A stretch of DNA of 63,952 nucleotides, the filler included, from Dimargaris cristalligena (lineage: Eukaryota): assembly GCA_003614675.1 (NCBI GenBank). It is 4 parts of 4 records of this genome, joined end to end, with 100 filler letters (N's around TTAATTAATTAA, not from the genome) between each part and the next. Parts side by side here need not be neighbours in the genome. Positions count along the whole stretch, not along the records: positions 1 to 16,400 come from ML002852.1; 3 more parts are not named here. One strand, written 5' to 3'. Each line of letters opens with the position of its first letter. Position 1 is the first letter of the stretch. The position numbers were made by a program, and so were the translations under genes. A model generated the notes under the pieces. The model saw only the letters and a list, made by a program, of their open reading frames with translations. It did not search any database and had not been told where the DNA came from. This document shows positions 1-11,472 of this stretch, piece after piece.

Positions 1-49
1 AGGACCTTGGCGGGGGTTTGCTGGGCGGGCTTGGCCATGGGGGGCTTAG

Positions 50-631
50 TGGCTGGACGATGAGATCAAGGGAAAGCGCGCCGAGTGCGAGACCTGTGTG
101 GCCCGCATGCCCGTTTCGGAGCTAGTTACCTTGCTCAAGGATGCCATCGAATCCTACGCTCACTCCATGCTGCTGGTGCGCCAGCGCCGTCTGCCCGAAG
201 CCCGTGCCGCCCTGGAAGCCTACATCAAGAACTATGAGAAGGGTAACCTTCTGCACCTCTACAACAGCTACCTTCTCAACACGATGGTGCCCCTCATGAA
301 CACCTGCATTGCCCTGAACGATCTGCATGCCGCCGTGACCTGGAATAAGGCCATCATCCAGCGTATGGCCGGTTCCCGCGCCATGCCCGAGAATTCCCCC
401 GAGATTGCCGAATTCTGGTACCATCTGGGTGACCTGACCCAGCGGTTGGCCCGCAACCGGGCCGGCAAGGCCAGTCGGGGTGGCTCGGCCCTGATCAACC
501 GTTACCATAAGGATGCCAAGCAGGCCTACACCAATGCCCATAAGATCTACGCCATTGCTTATGGTCGCGACCACCCCAAGACCATTGCTTCCCTGGCCCG
601 TCGTAACGAAATCAAGAACGAACAGCTGTAA
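50..631 (+). CDS. 3' exon of a probable SET/MYND (SMYD-like) protein: post-SET CxxC plus TPR-like C-terminal helical domain; 5' part outside the window
   Basis: Frame is open from an AG at 48-49 (WLDDEIKGKRAECETCVARM...) to TAA at 631. Codon usage is GC3-rich. C-terminal ...KIYAIAYGRDHPKT resembles the 'YGxxHP' end of SMYD-type TPR domains. The SET domain itself is not visible. Confidence 0.5.
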   Translation, partial: WLDDEIKGKRAECETCVARMPVSELVTLLKDAIESYAHSMLLVRQRRLPEARAALEAYIKNYEKGNLLHLYNSYLLNTMVPLMNTCIALNDLHAAVTWNKAIIQRMAGSRAMPENSPEIAEFWYHLGDLTQRLARNRAGKASRGGSALINRYHKDAKQAYTNAHKIYAIAYGRDHPKTIASLARRNEIKNEQL

Positions 632-1772
632 ATGAACCAAGTGTGCGTTTGTGTGCGTTGACCTTTCAGGCAACTGTCATGCCCCAAAAGTAACCAGGTA
701 AAATGTCTTGAGGGACCGCCTAGCACTTCTCGCTAGCCGTCTCCAAAATTCCGAGACTTGCTTAATGAGTGTCCACTTACTTTCCTTCCCATCTCCTCTC
801 AATCTTGCACGCTCGTTACGTTTTTTTTATTATTGCTTATTACGTGTGCATACGGCAATTCGATTATTTAGGTTTCGTTTCTATATTCTCGCCCTTCCAC
901 CCTCTTAACCCCCCCTTCCCCGAACTTCTCATCTAACCATCTGTGTGTTCATTTCCGTATGTCACCCCAGTTACCATCTTCCCACCTCGTCTCAACCCCA
1001 CCCTGACTTATGATGCTGTTTTTATTTATCGACACACTTTACCCCAAACTATGCCCGTTTTTTTTTATACCTTTACATTTATAAACCATCCTGTATTTCA
1101 CCCATCAGTTGCTGGATATTTCATATGGCCGAATTCTGTGATTGAACAATAGGTAACTGTAGTGTGGCTCAGCTTATGGATGCATATTGCTCATTCATGT
1201 CCATTATGGGATATAACAGGAGGGGGGACGTAGCCCAAACATCCGTTGCCTATTCTATTGTTAGCAGAGAGAAACAGACAGACAGGGGGGGGGATAACAA
1301 TCAATTATGGTAGGGACGTGCATAACACTTAACTGTATAGTATGTCTGATCTATATCCCTTTTGGGTCTTATTGTAAATAATATATGCAATAAGTTTCAC
1401 GAAGATTTTTAATAAAAAATATACGGGTTTTATATGTAAAGTCGTATATTATCATAATGTAATGGGCGGACTCGACCAACGAAAGTAAATACTTACAAAT
1501 CTGTTTACGAGCAATCACAATCCGGGAATAAAACTATATAAGGAGGGGGGAGAAGGGTCCATTTCGATACCAACCCAGTACTTAAAAACAAGGATAAAGA
1601 ACAATCAGAAAAGCAACCACCGATGTACAAAAGGTGTCAACGAGAAAGAAAATAATGGTGATATATGAAACGAAGGATACGAGGAGGTGCCGCTATAGAT
1701 TTCCTCCTGTGGGGTGAGCAACTAACTGGGGAAAGAGGACGGCAGAGGTCCAGCCAAAGTAAACCAGTCAAT

Positions 1773-3438
1773 TTATTTGTCCTTCTTAGGCTCGACAGTT
1801 TCCTCATCGTCCGAATCGGCAGCGTCCGAGTCAGAAACTTCCGAACCGGAAGAGGTCGCCGACAGCTCCTCGAATTTAGGGAGGCCCGAGGCCTCGACCG
1901 CGGGAGCGGTGGTGTCATTGTTAGCGCCGGCAGCCTGGGTCAGCTTTTCGAAGGGATTTTCGGCCTTCCAGGGACGAGTCAAATCACCGACGGCGGCCTT
2001 GTGGAAAAGGTGGATTTTCACGAGGTTGGAGGTGAAGAAGGTCTTGAGGGGCAGCACCGATTGCAGGAAAAGGGGTTGGATAAAGCCCCACTTGTAATTC
2101 ATGAACCCCAACATGGCCATGGTGATGGCCACGGACTTCATCTGCTTATCCACTTCGGCCAGGTCGTGGTCGCGGAAGGTGGTTTCAACATCCTGGCCCC
2201 TGTTAATAGAAAGTGCATCACCAATTGGAGAATAGATAAATCACGAATATAAAAATAAGTTAGCCCCGAAGTCAATGGAAGGTAGTTCGCCCTAATAGTT
2301 GGAGAATCAGGGAAAAAGGAGGTCGGGGGACCAAGTGTTTCATCGCGGATGTTGGGGCTATTAATAGACGAAAAATCCATATGGGTAAACTTACTGAGGA
2401 TGGGAGACGCTGGCAGGCTCCTTGTACTTAAGCGCAGTCAAATCTATAACATGGTAAGAGTAGAGACAATGGGGTAAGTAGTGATTATTGGCATAGGACA
2501 GACGAGGTCAGCGAACTGATTAGGGCACACGCAAAATTCAGGACCGGTTTCAAGCAAAACTGGTGGGGCATGTTCTAATTTTTGATAAGTAGTCTCTCTT
2601 TAATTGCCCACGGCGTGGTGTCGTTAAGAAACCTACCATTCTTTTGCTTAATAAGGACACGGAGGTAAAGGCAGCCTAGCAGGATGACCAGGTTGGAAGC
2701 GGCAAAGCCAAAGATAACCAGGCTAAATACCATGGGTGGATCATAGTGGCAAACATACGTGGTTCATATCATTAAATGGGTTAGTCTGTAATCATTATAG
2801 GTGAATATACAGCATTTGAGGGTAGTGGGGGGATAGCTATTGGCTGTTGAGACCGTGCCTTTCAAGAAATATTGAATTTAGTGGCTTACCTCGAGCGGCC
2901 TTCGTCCTCCAGATTGAGATGTTTGGCCTAAGGACGGGTATGCGGTTATAATGGGTTATGAATATGAGACACGTTAGAGTTATCAATAGCAGTGGAGAAA
3001 GAAGGGGCATAACTTAGCCATCGGAGCGCGGTCAACCCGAAGAATAGTATGTTTCATGGTGTGGTGTGGGATATCAATTAGGGGTATTTCGGTTGGCACG
3101 CTTAACGTGGGAAACTAGCTACTTTGTAGCGAAGGCCAAAGGCTCCGCACACTTACCACCTGAACGAGGCCAAGGACCAACACCATATTACTCATCTACA
3201 GTACAGCCACAATATACACACAAATGGGAGGCGAAGATAAGCGCGATTAGTGTATAGTATAATTAGTGCCACCCCTGAGCGGGAAGGTGGTCATCGCCAA
3301 GGAATGCAGACGCCGGGCTCGGGGGCCTGGAATCGGGCTGACGGCTATCGGCTACATTGCTGGCTGACCAGGTCGCCAAGATTTTAGGGTTGCCGCATAG
3401 CGCATCCCAACACGTACCTGACCACCGAAACCGGACAT
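1773..3438 (-). CDS. PHO88: Pho88/Snd3 family ER membrane protein (SRP-independent targeting / phosphate transport), 6 exons
   Basis: Exons spliced by hand at GT-AG sites: 3438-3418, 3195-3157, ~2927-2890, ~2723-2637, ~2443-2395, ~2199-1773. They give MSGFGGQMSNMVLVLGLVQVAKHLNLEDE...KNDLTALKYKEP...TTFRDHDLAEVDKQMKS...QPLFLQSVLPLK...VKIHLFHKAAVGDLTRPWK, which is the Pho88 signature. Confidence 0.93.
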
Positions 3439-4482
3439 TGTGAATGGGATTGCAAAGGAAATAACTAAAGCGTCGATAAAATCGGGGGGGAATGCCTAGT
3501 AACGAAGGAGGGATGTACGGAGGGGATACACCGCTGGAAAGGACCTGTAGTAGTAGGATATAAGCGAGATGAACTAGATCCTGAAAGCGTGGGGTGGAAT
3601 CTTCTCGAATAGTGGTGGAGTAGGGGAAAGGGTCCTGGCCTGAAGCTTAGCTGCTGAATAGGCCGCACCCTCCCTCCAGGTTTTGTCCCTGTCTGAACCA
3701 AAACTGAGTGGTGTTGCCTGGCAATTGGTCCATCCGATGGCCGGGAAATAGCCTCTTAGTCCCCTGTGTCTTGGCCTCCTCCCCCATAGCATACCACAGT
3801 GGTAGATTAGGAGGGTAAATAAAGTGGAGGTGCACTATAAGTGCCATTTCCAAATGGATACTAGACTATGTTTTCCTTCCTAATACGATTATTATTCCTA
3901 GCTGTACAGTATGGGTGGCATATATGATTGGGGAGATACGCATGTCCTACCACAGCTCAATGGTATATCCCCGCTACACGTACTTGCGTCCACGTCAGAC
4001 AGGCGGGGTGATAACTCCTCTATTTTGACTACATAGCAGTTGGGTTAGTTGCGCACTTTCGAGTCTCGTGAAAATCTCACCAGACAATGGTTCTTAACAG
4101 GTAAAAGGAAGCCCCCCCCACCCCGATACATGGAAACGCAGCGCCATGTTGGTAATTCAACAGTATAGCGTCTGCTATTTATCTGTTGTTATTTTTTTCC
4201 GGGGCTTCGGCTTCCCATTCATTGCCTACTATTCCCCTTAGTCTCGAGAGTTTCACTGAGGACGGGCGATATACGTACTCGAATCAAAGAGCTTCCAATG
4301 TCAATTGCCCTCCCCTATCCGAAAATCGGAGAAAATACCAGCCCATCGGGTAATAAATATTATGGGGTATGATTAGCGGTTTATATATGTGCAACTATCG
4401 AACACTTGGGGCACTAGTCACCGGGAACCAGGCCCGGAATAAGCCAGCTGGGCTCGCTCTTTAATTGGATCTCATCGATTCC

Positions 4483-6177
4483 TTAAAGGTGGCTGTCGGG
4501 GGTGGGCAGGGTTTCGAAGGTCAAATTACGCTGCAATTCCAAGTTCATAATCTGCCCCTGCTCACGATCAAAAATCAACCGATGCCGGGCCGAAGTTCCG
4601 TCTTCTTCTGGACCCCGGACCCGACCATGGAACCAGCTGGTATCCTCCTCCCCAGGCACAGCCGAGTCAGCCTGCGGAGCGTCTCCCAAGTAGGAGTACG
4701 GGTGCTCGGGGTCCCCCGGGAGCAATGACGCAAATCGCCCAGTCGGAAGCCGCTGGAAGTGGGGGAGAAACGGCACCACCGGGGTCCGCCTGGTGCGGTT
4801 GACTAACCCTTGCAGGGTCGGGTGGGCCCGCATGTCATTGAGGACGTACCACTGCGGGGGCAGCATATGGACGGCCCCGGTGGCGTACTGTTCCAGAATC
4901 TCCGTAGGGGTAAACCAGGCGAATTCGGAGTTTTCGTGGGCGTGTAAATGGACCTCGGGTAGCGGGAAGTTAGTGTCAGAGTTAGGGCCAGGGCTATCCA
5001 GTCCAGTCGGGCTAAAGGGGAGGAGGTAAAATCGGGTATTGTACCGTTTGGGGTAGGTCATCGGGGTTATCCAGTGGGCTAGAGGCAGCAGGGCTTCCGT
5101 CGCAGGCGACCAGTGGGGGTTCCGGGTGAACCATTCCTGATATTCTTCGGGGCATTCCAGGACCGCCGTTTGGAGGGAAGTCAGGGTGGCGGGATCCTGG
5201 ACCAGAGTTACTTCTGGTTTCGCACCAGAAAGAATGGCTTGGCGGGGTTGGACCATAAGAAGACGGCACTCCTCAAAGAGCTCCCGAAGCCCTGCGATGC
5301 GTGAGGCTTGGTCGGGCCTGGTGTGGCATGCAGAATATAACCATAGATGGGACGCCCGGGTAAGTTGGTGCTAATATAGGATTATAGATTAGAGCCTGGT
5401 TAAGCAGGCCTTGCTGAAGACCCGCATAACAATCGTCCGGATTTACCTTTTGACCGATAGAAGCGACTGCCACGCTGGAGATGTATCCGTATTGTCCGTG
5501 TTACCGCCTAAGTGGTCATGCAAAAGTGTAGATAAACCGCGAGTGAAATCGGGAGCGTGATAATTAGCCACCCGATATGAAAGGTCAACCTACGGAATGC
5601 TAAGTTCCTGTTTCTAGCAAACTGCCCCCTCCCTCCCCTGTCACCAAATTATATAAAGCAGATCAGGCTTACCGGGAAAAACATGGGCGTACTTGAACGA
5701 ACCGGTCCCGACTCTGCCAATAGGAGACATCAATCAGTGCATATTACCTTGTTTCTGTAAGTATTGAATAACTAATGTGTTTAGATAACCAGGTCTTTGG
5801 CTCAGTCTGTTGAATTAGATCGGTGATAAGTGCGTATGTTAGGTCCAGACCAAATAGAAGCCCCGCCTACCTTTTCATGAGCATTACTTTATAATTGAAA
5901 CCATTCGCACCAGGACGAGACGAAGTCTGGGCCGCTAAGACCACCCTATAAAAAGAAATATGACACCGTAGACATGACCAGGCGGTCGGTATTCATATGA
6001 GTCTACCAGGTATAGTGTGAAATAGTTCGATTGTGACTAACTAACGAGTAAGAAATGTTTCCTAAATAATTCTAACCTAAGTCTCTTTGGAAGATGGTAT
6101 TAAATCGAAGACTCTAGTGGCCGACTCTTAAACCTACGTTGCAGAATTCCGGAGGGTCTGTGGCAGCGGCGTTTTCA
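4483..6177 (-). CDS. Nudix hydrolase, NUDT19-like (acyl-)CoA diphosphatase, probably peroxisomal; start exon not resolved
   Basis: Spliced product ...RNSATVVLAA...YKVMLMKRVGTGSFKYAHVFPGGNTD...RIAGLRELFEEC (Nudix box) ...HWITP...KRYNTRFY...LPPQWY. It ends in -SHL, a PTS1-type peroxisomal signal as in NUDT19. Confidence 0.85.
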
Positions 6178-7465
6178 CTATATAGGGAAGTAAAAGTCAC
6201 AAGGTATTACACGATAGTTGTTGGAGCGAGTGCCTGTTCGGGCCGGCTGTGGTTAGATAAAAAGGGCATGCTAGAACCGTCGAGGGGTCCAGTGCCTGCC
6301 CGATACCCCATTGGGGCTCATGGGCTCGGGTGAATTACTTTCGTTGGGTCACTGACCTGAAAGGATTCGCCACATGGCTACTGCTTAGTCAAGATGGAAT
6401 GGGGTAGAGGAGTAGGAAATATAAATGTGGGAACAGTCGGTAATGGGGCAGCACGGGTAGTTAGAGGGTCGAGAGAGGTTAAGACAGAGCGAGTCATAGT
6501 ATCTTATTGAATTGGGAGGTAGTATTGAAGTTATACTACTTACTACCTGTATAAATTGTACTTCTGGTAGAGCGGGGGTATTCTTAGTGAATTGTTGTTG
6601 AATGATGGGGGGGGAGGGGGTTGTATTGCTCTACCCGTCTTAAGGTACAAATGTCCCACCGTCCTTGTATCTTTTGCAGGGGGTTGGCTCCCCAAATCCC
6701 TCCCTTTCACACCATTTATTTACCCGGTTCTATATTAGCAGTCCCAGTTTCCCTCTACCCAGTATTAGGGGGGAGGGCACTGGCCGCATGACTCGGCTGG
6801 GTTGATGAAACCCATTGGGTAACAAAAGGGCCGCCAGTTGAGTCGTTTCCGCCTATCATTATGAATGAGTAGGATTCTCTATGGTTACCGGGGTAAAAGG
6901 TCAGCCGGCTTTTATACCCTCTGACCAACAACACCTTTATATATATCCCCCAAACATAATTTAATAGGTCCTACTTTATAAAAGAATGATTTGGGTCGCG
7001 GTTTGAAAGACCGACTATAAGCATAGGGTGTGGTTGGATTTGGCGGCCCGCTACTAGTTTATGAGATTAACCCAATCTTACATTAAATATTCACCTATAG
7101 AACCTAGTCATTCACAATAGAGAAACCACAGGCATCCTACAAAGTCGACAATATGAAAACCCCATAATTGTACAGGCCCTGACCTCCTCCAAATGAGAGG
7201 ATACTTCTCCCGAAAAAAAAAATGGCGACGGTTTAACACCTATTTCCAGACTTATTACAGGGTCTGCTCATTTAGCCCTAATAAGCCCACCTCTCGATGG
7301 GGTTTTTATGAAAATCAAAACGGTACAAAACTAGTCACGTTTAATGTAAAGTAACAAGAAACAGCAAGCACAATAATATTGCAATATAAATATACACAGG
7401 TATGGTCAGGATTCATCGAGGAAATACATCACTAGCCGTACGACCATCTCCCCCTTGGGATCTAA

Positions 7466-10400
7466 TTAGTACCACCCCAACAGCTTCCACCAGAAGGGGC
7501 CGATGACGGCGTAACAGGTTAGATAGAGCGCGAGTACTACCAGGCCATTGAAAAACCACCTTCCCCGGCTAATGTAATCCTGGCTGAAGTACATGACCAA
7601 CGTGCCCGTCGAGTAATTGGTTAGACAACTACCGAGCGCACTGAGGTAGCTGATCATAGCCACCGCAGGTCCGGCCGGACAGCCAAGCTCGAAAGCCGCC
7701 ATGAGAAGAGGAGAGCTCAGGGCTAGAATATGGCTAGTCGTGGACGAGAATAGGTACATGGTACCCACGTAAATAATGGAAAGGGCCCCCAGGGCGGGCC
7801 AGGGGGGTAGACCGGTCAGCTGGCGCGACAGGCCCTGACCCAGCCAAGTGGTGATTCCAAAGGCATTGAGTTGCTCGGCCAGTATGATAAAGCTACCGAG
7901 CCAGAACAGGGTGTCCCAAGCTGTGGTGTTGCCCAGTACGTCGGACCATTCCAACACCCGGGTGACCACCAAGGCCGCAAACGCCAAAAAGGCCACGACG
8001 GCACTGTCGATACCGGTCAAGGGGCCCGTAACCCACAGGACGAGTGCTCCAAGTAGGATGACGCACAGTTTCTAAACCGGGAATTAGTGAACACCCAATG
8101 GTTGTATGAGGAATATAGAGACAGATGCCAGGTGTTAGCGAATTCGTCTGGCATGGGAGGAGACCGGCAAAGAATGGCCAGTCGGCGGATAGCAATTGGG
8201 TGTTTCCCCTGTATTTACTGCACAACGGCAATGGACTACGTCAGGTTGCAATGCAGACAGTCAATATCAATCGGCGATATACAAGCACAGCCAGGCGGTT
8301 CAGTCAGCTGCACTTCTAATTAGCCTATTCCGGTACTTACCAATTCGCGCATGGAAAAAGGTTTAACGAACTGGCTCTGCTCCTCGATAGAGTCCCGAAT
8401 GACACAGGGTGGAATCCGAGGTCGGAAAAGGCGGTAGACTACCAATGGCATGAGTAGGGCAATGATTCCACCCGGCAGTAAATTGCCTAAAAACCATTTG
8501 CCAAAGTCCCATTGGAAACCAAAAATCTCCCGGGCCTTGGGGGCCAGTAAGGGGTTTCCGGCCATGCCCGTTATGAAGAAGGACGAGCTGATAAGATTGG
8601 CCTGGGCGGCAGCGAAGAGTACAAATTGGCCCATTTCAGGGTGGGTGTGGTGGCTGACTCCGAGCGATTCAATTACCGAAACCACAATGGGATAAATGAT
8701 CCCCCCACCTCGGGCCGTATTAGATGGAACAAAGGGGGCCAATAGTATCTCTACAGGAAATGATGAAAGGGGATGGTTATGCAGTGACTACGGGGTAGGG
8801 TGAGTCAGGCCGTCGACTGTCCATGGTGGGGTGGCTCGTATTTGGATTCAACCGGTTGAATGCTTGGATGACAATGTGAATTCCGGGGATAAACTTACCG
8901 GCCAGGGTAAAGGCGTAGGCGATGCCCAGGGCAGAGCCTCCCATGGTTCGAAGCAAAGTGAAGCCAATGCGTTGACCAAGCCCGGAGAGCTATTATTCCA
9001 TAAGCAATAGTTGAAGTACCAACACCAGTGGGGGTATATTATAGTAGGAAGTGGTAGGGGTTAGTCGAATTGGTAAAGGGGCATGTTTGTCCGATGACTG
9101 GGTATATTATATATATGTATTAAACATTGGGTCATGCGGAAAATCCGACCATGTGGTACCTAGTAGTAAATCAACTAGAGGGCGAGATTCTAACTAGGTC
9201 CACCATCTGAGCTTATGGATAGGTTAGTTGCCAGCGGGGAGGCACTTACCATAACGGCTGTATAGTGTTGGGTCCAATCGGCCAGTTAGGGGATAGTAGG
9301 TAGATTAGTGATGACATCCGTAAGGTTATGCATGACAAAATGGCAACATACATGTAGCGAGATTTAGTATAGGCCGTCGTTTATCGAGCGACTGATATCG
9401 CAGCCCCTCACGGGATTAACTTGTGGGCATCATTGTCCATCTACCCATGGCACTTGATCATGCCCATGACTACGCATACACCGCGTGCAGCCGATATTGC
9501 GGAGACTTACCTTTGCCAATGTGAAACGCACTAAATACCTATGGAGCCAGGTCAGCAGCATCCCAGGGGTAATGATGGCAGCAACAGGAGAAAGAGGAAG
9601 GGGAGAGTAAGGGCAGGAGGGGGGTTAATGCAGGATCATGTAAGTAGGTGGAATGGCCCAGGATCACCCCCCACTCTAGTCGACGAGTTTGGACTAGATT
9701 AGAAGGCCGCATGCGAGCATATACCGAGGGTATATATATATATATATATATATATAAACGGGGGAATGATCAGGACAGATATACGCATAGTTTACTTACC
9801 AGCCAATTAATCTTGTTGGAGAAGCCGGACACAGCAGTTTGAAAAGCGCCCTCCATACCGTGACAAAGGGGGCGGCCGTCAGGTCCGGTCGTCTGACAGC
9901 GGTGACAGGCTATCCAGCCGCCTTCGGGGGTGGAACACTGCAGATTCTGAGTAACGATTAGAAAGGCTAGGGCCAAAGTTACAATCACGGACAGTTCGTA
10001 GGACGTGAGCATTACCGCGGCAATCATGCCAATATAGACGCTTAGAATCCGCGGACCGGTGGGATCGAGGTAGGCGGGATACGGAAAGTGCCACAGGCCC
10101 ACCACGAGCAGAAGCACGGGGAGAGTGCGAATCAGGGGGAACCGATCCCAGACGCGCCAGAGGTTGGTCCTCAGGTCTGGGAGGGGGAGTTATTATAGAG
10201 CGTAGAGTGCATAGGAGTTCGGGATAGTAAGTTTATTGGCTGGTCGCTAGGAACTAATGGCCGAGGTGCAGAAATTGAGCGCACTGCTCGCACGTCCACA
10301 CTCGAGTTTATTGGGGGTTTAAGGGGGGTGCAATATTATACCCGGTTGCATAAAACGATAGTTCCACCCTCCTTCTCTCCTTTCCTCGCCTTCGGACTAA

Positions 10401-10602
10401 ATACCCCATGCCGGTAAAGAGTAGGTTTTTGAGTGGGTTTTGGGTATATGCGCAATTAACGGGGCTTACCTTGTCGCCAAACGGACTTGACAGGTTCGGG
10501 CTCAAAACCGGGGGAATGCGCCGGAGGGCAATGGGCTATAGGTATGGCGCCGTACATGGCCGGAGGGGCAACAGTCCTGGACGAATCAGTAAGGTTTGAC
10601 AT
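7466..10602 (-). CDS. DASS family (Na+/sulfate symporter; CitT/TtdT / plastid DiT-type) dicarboxylate transporter, multi-exon
   Basis: Motifs SGFSNKINWLVFSAF, LSGLGQRIG, LLAPFVPSNTARGGGIIYPIV, ITGMAGNPL, WDTLFW, YLFSSTTSH and WWKLLGWY. Exons join in frame at GT-AG sites, including an 8-nt micro-exon at 9250-9257. Confidence 0.9.
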
Positions 10603-11472
10603 GGCGGCGGGGGAGAGATCGCTAAAGTAAAGAGAGTGAGAGGTACTCAAGGAGCCCAGGGCGAATAGCAGCAATAGAGAGGGCAACGAGTAAATATTAT
10701 TTAATAATTTAATCTAAAAGAAAACAAGAGGCTAGGGATAGGCCATTAATAAGACCACAGCCTATTTATGAGTCAAGTGCCTTTGTGTGGAAAGGACTTC
10801 CAACCCATGCAAGAAGGAGGGGAAAGAAACAGGAGGAGGGGGTTGTGCACTGACGAGGAAAAGGGCCAATAGATAGAGAGAGAGTGAGCTGTGTGTGGTA
10901 AAGAGGGCGGCGGCCGCGGCTGAATTTATATAGTCTAACTCAAGTCTCCACCATTAAAAGTCACCAGAGATTTCGGAGAATACAATAGGTGCGATTATAA
11001 TAAATTGAGCACGGTCATTGGTTCTGGGGCATTGAGTGGCTGTTGCATCGCGGGTAATCAGTTTTCGCCGTCACAAGATGGTGATTATTCTATTTATTCC
11101 AGTCAATTTTAATTCTAATTCTAATTCAAATAATAATATTCATATGCATATTGTAATATACACCACCACTACCACCAGTCAACGCCAAAGGCACCCAATG
11201 GTGTCTCTCTTCTGCCACCTGTCGGGCTTTGAACACCTGCACCAAAACAGCGGATACCCTTCTCTATTTAAAAAGGGCCGCCTCTGTTGCCGTAGTAGGT
11301 CCCATCATGGGAGAAACTCTATTTTTCCCTGTTATCAACCGGGCAGGTGGTGTGTACAATAGGGCTGTTTTTACCCACCGCCTTCCTTCCTTCCTTCCTT
11401 CCTTTCTTCCCGTTTACTCCTCTTCCTTTCTGTACTGCTATAACAAAGCAAGGTAAAGCTCGAGACCTCGCT

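Noticed and set aside
9731..9756. (TA)n microsatellites here and at ~15637-15656 and ~16166-16201
   Set aside because: Ordinary simple repeats.
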